From: Planctomycetota bacterium
Lineage (GTDB): Bacteria > Planctomycetota > UBA1135 > GCA-002686595
Direction: 5' to 3'
Length of the DNA stretch: 64,000 nucleotides
Assembly: GCA_002686595.1 (NCBI GenBank)
Contig: NYXZ01000127.1
Span: 2,702 to 66,701 of the forward strand
In this document: positions 9,484 through 17,506 of the stretch, one piece after another
How positions within the stretch are numbered: the first letter of the stretch is position 1
How the letters are laid out: each line of letters starts with the position of its first letter
Program-made: the position numbers and the translations under genes
The notes under the pieces: model-generated
What the model was told of the DNA's origin: nothing
Database searches by the model: none
What the model saw: only the letters and a program-made list of their open reading frames with translations

Positions 9484-12400
9484 CTAGAAATGCGCAGGCA
9501 GGGTCGTTATCTCGGGAATCGGCAGGGCGTCCCGGGCATCGCCACGCAGGCCGAGGAGCGTGGAGATAGCGCCGCGCATGAGCACCTTGGGCCTGGCTAA
9601 ATCGCCTCGCAGGGCTACGGAAAGCAGGCTGTTTTGGATCAGGTATAGGATGCGGTTCAGGGGGCCCAGTTTGTCCACCAGGCTGTAGCGCACCTCGAAA
9701 TCGTGGTGCAGGCTGCCGTCGAAATCCAAGACGCCGCTGCCCACCAGCTTGAGTAGGTCGCTCTTCACCAGGATGCCGGACATGTCCATGCGTCCGGCGT
9801 CGATCGTGAAGCGGGCTCCGATGTGATGGAAGATGGCCGAGCTCTCCTGGCCGAGCTGTGAGAACAGGGCGCGGAAAACGGGGATTGACCACAGGTTGGA
9901 TTGGGACAGCTCCACACGACCGCCACCGCGAATGCCGGTCAGGTTGCCGAGCTCGCCCACCAGGCGCAGTTCACAATCGAGTTGGCCTTTGTCCGCGAAG
10001 TCAGAGGGGAACAACTGGCGCGTGAAGCTCGCCACGGCCGCATCGCGCAGGTCGACGGTGGCTTGGAATGCATGGGGGGCGGCCAGGTCCAAGGCGAAGA
10101 AGGGGCCGCCGCGGTTTTCCTGCCCACCCAAGGAGCGCAGGTGACCGCCCTCCAAGCGTCCGGAGAAGTTCTCCAGGGTCAGGTGAGGTTCGATGTAGGT
10201 GAGGATGGCGGAGGCGTCTTCGAGGTCTTGACCGGCCACGGTGCCATTCAGTTCTTTCACCAGAGCCAGGGCCCGGGCGTGTCCGCCTTCGAAGGTCAGG
10301 TTCTCCACCTGCAATAGCGCTGAGTCCACGGCCAGGGGCACGCCGATGTTCAGGGAGGCCTCACGCGGCAAGACCGTGCCGGAGAATCCCAGCCGCCGGC
10401 CGGAAGTGGCTGTGGAAACCAGCGTCAGGTGGCCGGCGGGAATGTCCAAGGTCCCTTCAAGGGCCAGTTCGCCCAGCAGTCCGTCCAAGGTCTCGGCGTC
10501 GAGGAAAAACGCCAGGTGCTCCGCATCCAGGGGCACATCGTGGGCGGTTAGGTCCGTCTCGAAATGGTAGCCAGAGGGCGAGGGCTGGAAGGAGGCGGCG
10601 CGCAACTCCACTGGCGTTTGGCCGAGGATGCCGGTGAGAGTCGGCCCCCGCAGTTTGTCCTCCTCCAGGATCAGGGTGCCGCGCAGGTTGTCCAGGGCGA
10701 AACCCTCCCCCGTGGCGAGGGAGTTGTCCCGCAGGTAGAAGTTGAAGCGTGAATCGCCCTCCTGCTGGGCCTCCACCGGGTATTCCAGGTGGGCGCTGAA
10801 GTCCAGGCGCCCGGTGAGGGCCAGGGCGGACAGGTCAGCCGAGCTACCGCCGCGGTCTCGGATGGCGGCGCCCAAGCTGCCCAGTAGGCTGCGGCGCGCG
10901 GGATCCAAGCCAGCGCCGAGGATGTCCAAGCGGGCCAGGCCGGCGTGGGGGATACGCGCGCGGATGGCTACGGGAACGCCGTCCTCCCAACTACCCAAAA
11001 GGGGCTCCAACAGGACTTCGGAGCTCGGCTCGCCCCGCACTTCGTCCGTTGAGCCCAGAGCCGGTTCCGCGGCGGAGATCAGGATGCGTCCGCCAACTTC
11101 CCGGGTGATCATCTGGAAGCGCTCCGGCCGCAGTTGAACCGGCGCCAGGGGAATGATCTCGACCGTGGTGTGGGCTGTCCCGCCGGCCGCTGGCCGCGTG
11201 CGCTCGTAGGCGATGGAGGCGTGGCCCCGGGGGCTGAGGGCAGCCAAGCCTCCGTCCACGGCGGAGAGCGTCTCGCGCACCACAGCCACATCTCCGCCGA
11301 CCAGGGGCAGGTGTGGGGCTCGGATGGCGATGGACTCGCGCAGGCCAGCGCTGTTGCCCACCACGCGCCCGGACAGTTCCAGGGGTTCTCCTGAGAAACC
11401 CAGGCGTCCGTCGGCGTCAAAGCGCACGCCAAAGGCACCGCCCTCTTCCGCCGGGAGCCCGTTGCTGCGTACTTCGACCGCGCCTGAAACAGAATGGACC
11501 GGCACTGGCAGTTGCGCCCAGGTCAATCCAGTTTCCTGGAGCTCGATGGAAACGCTGACCGCCGTGCGGGGCGCGGCGGGCGTTTTGCGCAGGGCCACCT
11601 CTGCCCCCAGGGAACCCCCGGAAAAGCCGTAGCGTTCCCAGAGGTTTTCCGGCGGGATAATGTCGGAGAGTCCGGCCAGGGCATCCCGCAGGGTGGGGCC
11701 GACGATCAGGCGCTGGGCGCTGGCGTTGATGAAGAGTTCGCCGCCGTGCCAGGGGGGCGCGGCCCGGTGGGGCGAGAATGATGAACCGCGCACCGCGACG
11801 CCTTCGCCTTCGATGGTGCCGGCAAGGGCCACCAGGCCGAGAACACCCCGGCGACCGCTGGTGGGGGTGATGCCGTAGAAAACTCGGCCGCGGACATTCT
11901 CCAGGGGCGCGGGGAAGCCCGTGCCGCGCCGCCCATCGCGCTCGAAGCCGTGGTAGGTGATGGCCGCTTCTCCGGCGAGGTCGGCGACGATTAGGAAACT
12001 AGGCGCTGGGGCGGGGGCCTCTGGTGTAGCACTGGCCCGGGGGAGTTCCACAACTGCCGAGGCATGGCCCCGCCCGCGGGGGGCGAGGCCATCCCAGACG
12101 CGCTTCAGTCGGGGCTCTTCCCTGGCCGCGGCGGTGATCTCCGCGCCCAGGGGCAGGTCTTCGCCGTTCAACCACAGGCGCAGGCCGTGTTGCGGCCCGG
12201 CGGCCTCACCGGCGACGAGGGACCCGTTGAGCGTTGCGCCGCGCCAGGCACCGGAGAACTCGCCCTTGAAATCCCAAGTCAACTCAGTTGGAAGGGGCCT
12301 ATCCGCGCCCGTGCGTGGTTGGCCCTTGAGGTTTATGGCGGCCCGGGCACTGAGTTCGGTCAACTCGTCACCGGTGTGGGGGATGCGAGCCGCGCCGGCG

Positions 12401-13422
12401 GCCAGGGCCAAGCGGGCGTTGACCTCCAGCGCCCGTGGAGTGCGATCCCCGCGGCCCCCCAGGGGGAAGCGCGCCGAGGCATCCAGGTTGACGGTGGCGC
12501 GCGGTTGCCAGGGACGCAGGTTGTCCAAGGTGGATTCCTTGGGCAAGAGCGCCGCGTTCACAACCAGGGAACGGCCCGTGGCCCGCAGGTTGAGCGTGTT
12601 TTCTTCCATGGCACCGCGCAGGTAGATGACGCCGGAAGACTGCCCGGGGGAGGTCTCATCCCAGTTCACCAGGGTGGGGGCGAAGCGGCCGGTCAGGCGC
12701 GGAGGGCCGCCACCAGGGCCAGGCGCGGCGGCGAACAGGAGGTCGATGCGGCCGCCGGGGACTTCGCCCCAGTCAGGCATGGCCATGTCGAGGCGCAGGT
12801 CGCGCACATGGACCGTCGGCGGGCGCGGCTCACCTGGCCGCTGGCCGGTTGCGGGCCGCGGTTCTCCGTCTGGTTCGGGGAGCAGGCCGCGCAGGCCATT
12901 GAAGACGGCGGGTGACAGACGGATGTGTCCGCTATCCGCTTCCACGGATGACAGCCGGGGCCAACGACTGTCCCAGCGCAGGTCGACGCGCAGGGTTTCC
13001 AGGGTGATGTCCCGGCCGCCAGGCCCGAGGGAGATGCCGTGTAGGCTAAGACCAGGTTGCCACCAGTGCAGTTCCAGGTGCTCGATGGCTAGATCGCCAC
13101 CCACGGCGCCGAGTCGGTCGGAGAGCAGTGTGCGCGTCCAGTGCAGCAGGGCTCCGGAGCGCTCCGCCCCGTAGATGGCGGCCGATGCCAAGAGCACAAC
13201 CCAACCAAGGCAGCGCAGGATGACCAGGGGGCCGGCACACAGGCGGCGCCAGAGCGGTCTGGCGGGTTGGGACGGGGGGATGTCCGGGCTCCCGTTGCTT
13301 GGCTTGTCCGCGGCGACCTTTGCGCCGCCCGTTTCATCGCCCGTTTCGTCAACGGTGCCAGGTCGCCTGTGGGCAGCCCCGCTCTGCTGGCTGGCATCGT
13401 CCGTGTTCCAGTTAGCCGTCAC
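9484..13422 (-). CDS. Very large AsmA/TamB-like envelope protein (N-terminal membrane anchor)
   Basis: 1312 aa with a single N-terminal TM segment (LVILRCLGWVVLLASAAIYG), a long beta-rich body and a C-terminus resembling AsmA-like C-terminal regions. The family assignment is from recollection only. Confidence 0.5.
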   Translation of the reverse strand: MTANWNTDDASQQSGAAHRRPGTVDETGDETGGAKVAADKPSNGSPDIPPSQPARPLWRRLCAGPLVILRCLGWVVLLASAAIYGAERSGALLHWTRTLLSDRLGAVGGDLAIEHLELHWWQPGLSLHGISLGPGGRDITLETLRVDLRWDSRWPRLSSVEADSGHIRLSPAVFNGLRGLLPEPDGEPRPATGQRPGEPRPPTVHVRDLRLDMAMPDWGEVPGGRIDLLFAAAPGPGGGPPRLTGRFAPTLVNWDETSPGQSSGVIYLRGAMEENTLNLRATGRSLVVNAALLPKESTLDNLRPWQPRATVNLDASARFPLGGRGDRTPRALEVNARLALAAGAARIPHTGDELTELSARAAINLKGQPRTGADRPLPTELTWDFKGEFSGAWRGATLNGSLVAGEAAGPQHGLRLWLNGEDLPLGAEITAAAREEPRLKRVWDGLAPRGRGHASAVVELPRASATPEAPAPAPSFLIVADLAGEAAITYHGFERDGRRGTGFPAPLENVRGRVFYGITPTSGRRGVLGLVALAGTIEGEGVAVRGSSFSPHRAAPPWHGGELFINASAQRLIVGPTLRDALAGLSDIIPPENLWERYGFSGGSLGAEVALRKTPAAPRTAVSVSIELQETGLTWAQLPVPVHSVSGAVEVRSNGLPAEEGGAFGVRFDADGRLGFSGEPLELSGRVVGNSAGLRESIAIRAPHLPLVGGDVAVVRETLSAVDGGLAALSPRGHASIAYERTRPAAGGTAHTTVEIIPLAPVQLRPERFQMITREVGGRILISAAEPALGSTDEVRGEPSSEVLLEPLLGSWEDGVPVAIRARIPHAGLARLDILGAGLDPARRSLLGSLGAAIRDRGGSSADLSALALTGRLDFSAHLEYPVEAQQEGDSRFNFYLRDNSLATGEGFALDNLRGTLILEEDKLRGPTLTGILGQTPVELRAASFQPSPSGYHFETDLTAHDVPLDAEHLAFFLDAETLDGLLGELALEGTLDIPAGHLTLVSTATSGRRLGFSGTVLPREASLNIGVPLAVDSALLQVENLTFEGGHARALALVKELNGTVAGQDLEDASAILTYIEPHLTLENFSGRLEGGHLRSLGGQENRGGPFFALDLAAPHAFQATVDLRDAAVASFTRQLFPSDFADKGQLDCELRLVGELGNLTGIRGGGRVELSQSNLWSIPVFRALFSQLGQESSAIFHHIGARFTIDAGRMDMSGILVKSDLLKLVGSGVLDFDGSLHHDFEVRYSLVDKLGPLNRILYLIQNSLLSVALRGDLARPKVLMRGAISTLLGLRGDARDALPIPEITTLPAHF

Positions 13423-13432
13423 AGGAATACCC

Positions 13433-14728
13433 TTAGGGGTGCGCCCGTGCGCCCTTGCTCGGCGCTGGCTCGGACGGCCTTTCCATTGCGGTTACGGCTC
13501 GGGCGGTCGGCGTGACCAGGGCGGGTGGGCACGCGGGCGTGGGAACCTGGGACGGCAGAGTGGGGGACTCGCCGCCGACACAGATGCGTGGCACGCGCTT
13601 ACCCACCGAACACGTGATTTCGTAGGGGATAGTTCCGGCGGCCCGGGCCACCTCGGCCACGGTGATTTGTGCGGCGCCCTGCTTTCCGATCAGGGTGGCC
13701 ACGGCGCCAACGCACAAGCCTTCGATGGCGCCCACATCCACCGTTGTGTAATCCATGGAAACACAGCCGACGATGGGGGCGTGTTGCCCGGCGAGCAGGA
13801 CAGTGCCCCGGTTGGACAGGTTCCAAGGCACTCCGTCGTTGTACCCCAGGGGTAGGGTGGCGATGCGCGTCTGGCGCGGTGCGCGCCAGGTTGAGCCGTA
13901 GCCCACGGGTGTGCCCGCTGGGATGTCCTTCAGGAAAACCACCTGGCTGCGCAGGGAGAGGACTGGGTGCAGGTCTTCTCCACCGGGAATGGTCTCGGGC
14001 AACACTCCCAGGGCGGCGATGCCCGGACGCACGGTGTCGTAGAGCGGGCAGAGGCCGCTGAAGAGCCCAGTGGAATTGGCTAGGTGGATGCGGCCGCAGT
14101 GGATGCCGGCTTCTTGGGCGGTGGTGATGACGTCGGCGAACTGCTTGGCCTGGAGGGTTGTCTCAGGAGAGGCATTGCCCGCCAGAGAGCTGATATGGGT
14201 CATTACCCCGGCCAGGTGTACATGTTCTGAGCGCCGCACTTCTTGAAGCAAATCCAGGGCGCGTTCGGGCAAGACGCCCAAGCGTCCCATGCCCGTGTCC
14301 ACATTGATATGGACGCGGGCCTGGAGGCCCAGGCGCCGGGCCTCGCGCTCGAGTTGGTGTAGGCGGTCGAAGGAGTGCAACCCGATCTCCACACCGTGGC
14401 GCAGAACCCGGGGGACTTCCTCATCAACCACGGTGCCGAGGATCAGGATTGGGACGCGCAGGCCGGCGGAGCGCAGCTCCAGGGCTTCACAGGATGTACC
14501 CACTCCAAGTGAAGCTACGCCACAGCGCACGGCGTGGTGGGCTATGGCCACGGCTCCATGCCCATAGGCATCGGCCTTGACCACCAGCATGATGCCCACG
14601 CCGGCACCTGCCCGCGAGCGGATGATGGTCAGGTTGTGTGCCAGGGCATCCAGATCGACCTCTGCCCATACTCGCGCGGTGTCCACGGGAGCAAGATACT
14701 CCTCCGCGAGGCGGGGATCCACGGGCAC
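13433..14728 (-). CDS. alr: Alanine racemase with Pro/Ala-rich C-terminal tail
   Basis: MLVVKADAYGHG is the PLP-Lys motif. GYNDG and the general fold pattern are present. About 50 extra C-terminal residues are present. Confidence 0.9.
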   Translation of the reverse strand: MPVDPRLAEEYLAPVDTARVWAEVDLDALAHNLTIIRSRAGAGVGIMLVVKADAYGHGAVAIAHHAVRCGVASLGVGTSCEALELRSAGLRVPILILGTVVDEEVPRVLRHGVEIGLHSFDRLHQLEREARRLGLQARVHINVDTGMGRLGVLPERALDLLQEVRRSEHVHLAGVMTHISSLAGNASPETTLQAKQFADVITTAQEAGIHCGRIHLANSTGLFSGLCPLYDTVRPGIAALGVLPETIPGGEDLHPVLSLRSQVVFLKDIPAGTPVGYGSTWRAPRQTRIATLPLGYNDGVPWNLSNRGTVLLAGQHAPIVGCVSMDYTTVDVGAIEGLCVGAVATLIGKQGAAQITVAEVARAAGTIPYEITCSVGKRVPRICVGGESPTLPSQVPTPACPPALVTPTARAVTAMERPSEPAPSKGARAHP

Positions 14729-14824
14729 CTCGGGCCTCTAGGACAACCACACCTGGAGTCGCCACCAAATCCTGAGAATGGCTGGAAACCCGAAAAAAAA
14801 GGCCGAATTCGCGGGGATTGGTCT

Positions 14825-14853
14825 TTGACAGTCACCGTTCACCGGGACATTCT
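14825..14853 (+). promoter_or_regulatory. Candidate sigma70-type promoter upstream of the histone-like gene
   Basis: TTGACA (14825-14830), then a 17-nt spacer, then CATTCT (14848-14853). The -35 is perfect and the -10 is weak. It sits in a locally AT-richer divergent intergenic region. Confidence 0.2.
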
Positions 14854-14963
14854 CTGTGCCGCGTTTCGGTTCTTACGTCTTAGTTTCTAGAGACCCAACA
14901 ATCCATTGCATGGCACCGACCGTTGAGTCGGCAGCCCATCAACCCCAACTACACATCGAGATC

Positions 14964-15251
14964 ATGGTCAAGAAAGCCAAAAAGAAAGCCAAGAAGAAAG
15001 CCACCAGGAAGACCACCAAGAAGGCCACGCGGAAGACCGCCAAGAAGGCCACCAAGAAGAAGGCCGCACGCGGCAAGAAGAAGGGCACTGACTTCATCAT
15101 TAGCAAGAGCCGCACCAAGGCCTCCGCTGGTCTGAATGTGGCCGGCGACTTCTACGGCGCCCTGGACGAGGCCGTGCGCGAGATGATCTGCTCCGCCGAG
15201 AACCGCGCCTCCGCCAACGGTCGCAAGACGCTCCGCCCCCAGGACCTGTAG
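14964..15251 (+). CDS. Lys/Ala-rich tail fused to a histone-fold-like (DUF1931-like) domain; candidate nucleoid protein
   Basis: The ATG at 14964 gives MVKKAKKKAKKKATRKTTKKATRKTAKKATKKKAARGKKKG. It continues DFIISKSRTKASAGLNVAGDFYGALDEAVREMICSAENRASANGRKTLRPQDL. The C-terminal pattern (SK.R.K...NV..DF...LDE.V......A..RA.ANGRKT.RP.DL) matches my memory of DUF1931/Aq_328-type bacterial histone-fold proteins. The gene is followed by a strong terminator. Confidence 0.6.
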   Translation: MVKKAKKKAKKKATRKTTKKATRKTAKKATKKKAARGKKKGTDFIISKSRTKASAGLNVAGDFYGALDEAVREMICSAENRASANGRKTLRPQDL

Positions 15252-15301
15252 GTTCCAAGGGACTCCACGGAATACGGGCTGAGCCCGTTTCGATATACAG
15301 G

Positions 15302-15335
15302 CGCTTCACTCTGCAAGGAGTGGGGCGTTTTTTTT
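15302..15335 (+). terminator. Rho-independent terminator
   Basis: CGCUUCACUC (15302-15311) pairs with GAGUGGGGCG (15318-15327) over 10 bp, including two G-U pairs. The loop is UGCAAG and the stem is followed by 8 T (15328-15335). Confidence 0.75.
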
Positions 15336-15430
15336 CGGGCCGGCCTGGGCATGGGTTGCCTGAAGCCTACTGACTCGGGCCGCTTGTGACGTCCGTCGCG
15401 CAGGTCGGCAGCGCAGCTGGTCCAGGGATA

Positions 15431-16126
15431 CTAGCGACGGCGGATACGGGCTGCGTAGGGGCGCAGGTAAAGCGGGGCGATTGAACTGGAGGCCAGGCTC
15501 TGCCCGCAGCTGCGACGGGAACAATCGAGGGCTAGCAGGTGATCGGCCCGGGGGGGCGCGGCGGAGATGGAGGTGGCCGAGTCCAGCGCCGCGTGGTCTG
15601 CGGCGGCTAGGGTTGATTCGTCGGCGAAGAGGGCTGTCCCGGTGAACATGGAGGAGGTGAGCTCGGCGGGTTCCACCACTTTTGGATCTGTGATAACACG
15701 AATGTCGGCGGGCAGGCGGCGGTAGCGGGCATAGGTTAGTTGTCCCGCGCGGGCATCGAGCAGGTGCACGCATTCGGCCCCAGCCTGCAAATGACCGAAG
15801 GCCAGGCCTTCGCCGGAGGGGATGCCCACCAAGTCCGCGTCGCTGCCCCGAGCCAGACCCTGGGCTAAGGAACTGGCCACGCGTAGTCCGGTGTAGCTGC
15901 CGGGGCCGGTGCCAACGATGATGCGCGTGATGTCCGCGGGGTTCAGTTGGGCAGCGGACAGCAACTCGGCCAGGGCCGGCAGCAAGTCGCTGGCGTGGGA
16001 GCAGGCGGGATCGAGGGCCTTGAAGGCCGTTTGTCCCCTGCTCGCAAGGGCGATGGAGGACGCTCGGCAGGAAGCTTCCAGGGCGAGCACTACATCGTTG
16101 GGCTGCGCGGGCCGGGGCTGGGGCAT
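15431..16126 (-). CDS. tsaB: tRNA t6A biosynthesis protein TsaB (YeaZ)
   Basis: VLALEASCRASSIALA at the N-terminus and IIVGTGPGSYTGLRV are family motifs. Length 231 aa. Confidence 0.85.
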   Translation of the reverse strand: MPQPRPAQPNDVVLALEASCRASSIALASRGQTAFKALDPACSHASDLLPALAELLSAAQLNPADITRIIVGTGPGSYTGLRVASSLAQGLARGSDADLVGIPSGEGLAFGHLQAGAECVHLLDARAGQLTYARYRRLPADIRVITDPKVVEPAELTSSMFTGTALFADESTLAAADHAALDSATSISAAPPRADHLLALDCSRRSCGQSLASSSIAPLYLRPYAARIRRR

Positions 16127-16153
16127 GGGGCGCGACCGTGCGTGTCAGCCCCG

Positions 16154-17506
16154 TCAGGCCTTGACGCCTATTTCCTCTTCGATCAGGACCATCAACTCCT
16201 GGGCCTGGGCCAGGATCGTATCCTTGTCCGGACCCTCGACCATGATGCGCGCCAGGGGCTCTGTGCCGGAGTAGCGCAGTAGGACGCGGCCGTCTTCTCC
16301 CAGGGAATCCTCGATTTCGCGCACAGAAGCCGCCACCCGCGGGAGTTGTTCGAGACGGGGTTTGCGACTCACCTCAGTGTTCAAGAGCACCTGGGGATAG
16401 GGGCGGTAAATGGAGGCCAGCTCCGACAGGGCCTGGCCGGTTTCTTGCATGACTCGCAGGACCTTAAGGGCTGTCAGAGTCCCATCGCCAATGAAGTAGT
16501 TGTCGTCGCCAAAGATGATGTGGCCGGACTGCTCGCCGCCCAATCCCACGCGATCCGATCGCATGCGTTCAACTACTTGGCGGTCGCCTACTCCCACGGT
16601 GGTGACATCTACATTTGCTTCACGCAGGGCGCGGTGCAGGCCGCGGTTGCTCATAACCGTGGCGACGATGGCGTTGCGCCGCAGCTGGCCGGTGCTGGCC
16701 ATGTGACTGGCGAGAATGGCCATGATGGCATCGCCGTTGACCAACTCGCCCTGCTCATCAACCAGCAGACAACGATCCGCATCACCGTCGAGGGCAATAC
16801 CTATGCGCGCCCCCTGGGTGCGCACTTCCCGCTGCAGGGGGATCATATGCGTCGAGCCACATTCCTTGTTGATATTGTCGCCATCAGGCTCTGCGGCCAG
16901 GGCTGTGACCTGCGCCCCGAGGCGCCCGAAGGCCCGTGGGGCGACCCGACTGGCAGCACCGTTGGCGCAATCGAGGACTAGGGGCAGACCGTCCAGTTTC
17001 AACCCTTGGCCCGCACCCTCCAGTAGATGTACCAGGTAGGCCATCTCCAGTTCCGTATCACGTTCCGGGAGTGGCCCCTCGTTGATTGGCTCCGGGTGGC
17101 GCCGCAGATGATTCTCGATGCGCAGCTCAAGCTCATCGGAGAGCTTTTCACCTTCGCCCGAGAAGACTTTTATGCCGTTGTCTTCCGCCGGGTTGTGGGA
17201 GGCGCTGACCATGATGCCCAGTTGGAACGGACGCAAGCGGGTCAGAATCGCCAGGGCGGGTGTGGGGATGAGCCCGGCTGTTGTGGTACTAAAACCGGAC
17301 GCAGCCAAGCCGCGGGTGATGGCCTGGGAAAGTGATGAGGCCGAGCGCCGGCCATCGTGTCCCAAAAGAACCTGCTTGCTGCCCTTGCGGCGCCCGAGGA
17401 TGGCACCGATGGAGCGGCCTAATGCGGACACGGACTGGACCGTGAGCCATCCTTCGCCGGCTCGGCCGCGGATTCCATCTGTTCCGAAGATCCTGGGTTC
17501 GCTCAT
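16154..17506 (-). CDS. glmM: Phosphoglucosamine mutase
   Basis: IFGTDGIRGRAG, SASHNPAEDNGIK (active-site Ser) and GIALDGDADR are present. Length 450 aa. Confidence 0.95.
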   Translation of the reverse strand: MSEPRIFGTDGIRGRAGEGWLTVQSVSALGRSIGAILGRRKGSKQVLLGHDGRRSASSLSQAITRGLAASGFSTTTAGLIPTPALAILTRLRPFQLGIMVSASHNPAEDNGIKVFSGEGEKLSDELELRIENHLRRHPEPINEGPLPERDTELEMAYLVHLLEGAGQGLKLDGLPLVLDCANGAASRVAPRAFGRLGAQVTALAAEPDGDNINKECGSTHMIPLQREVRTQGARIGIALDGDADRCLLVDEQGELVNGDAIMAILASHMASTGQLRRNAIVATVMSNRGLHRALREANVDVTTVGVGDRQVVERMRSDRVGLGGEQSGHIIFGDDNYFIGDGTLTALKVLRVMQETGQALSELASIYRPYPQVLLNTEVSRKPRLEQLPRVAASVREIEDSLGEDGRVLLRYSGTEPLARIMVEGPDKDTILAQAQELMVLIEEEIGVKA

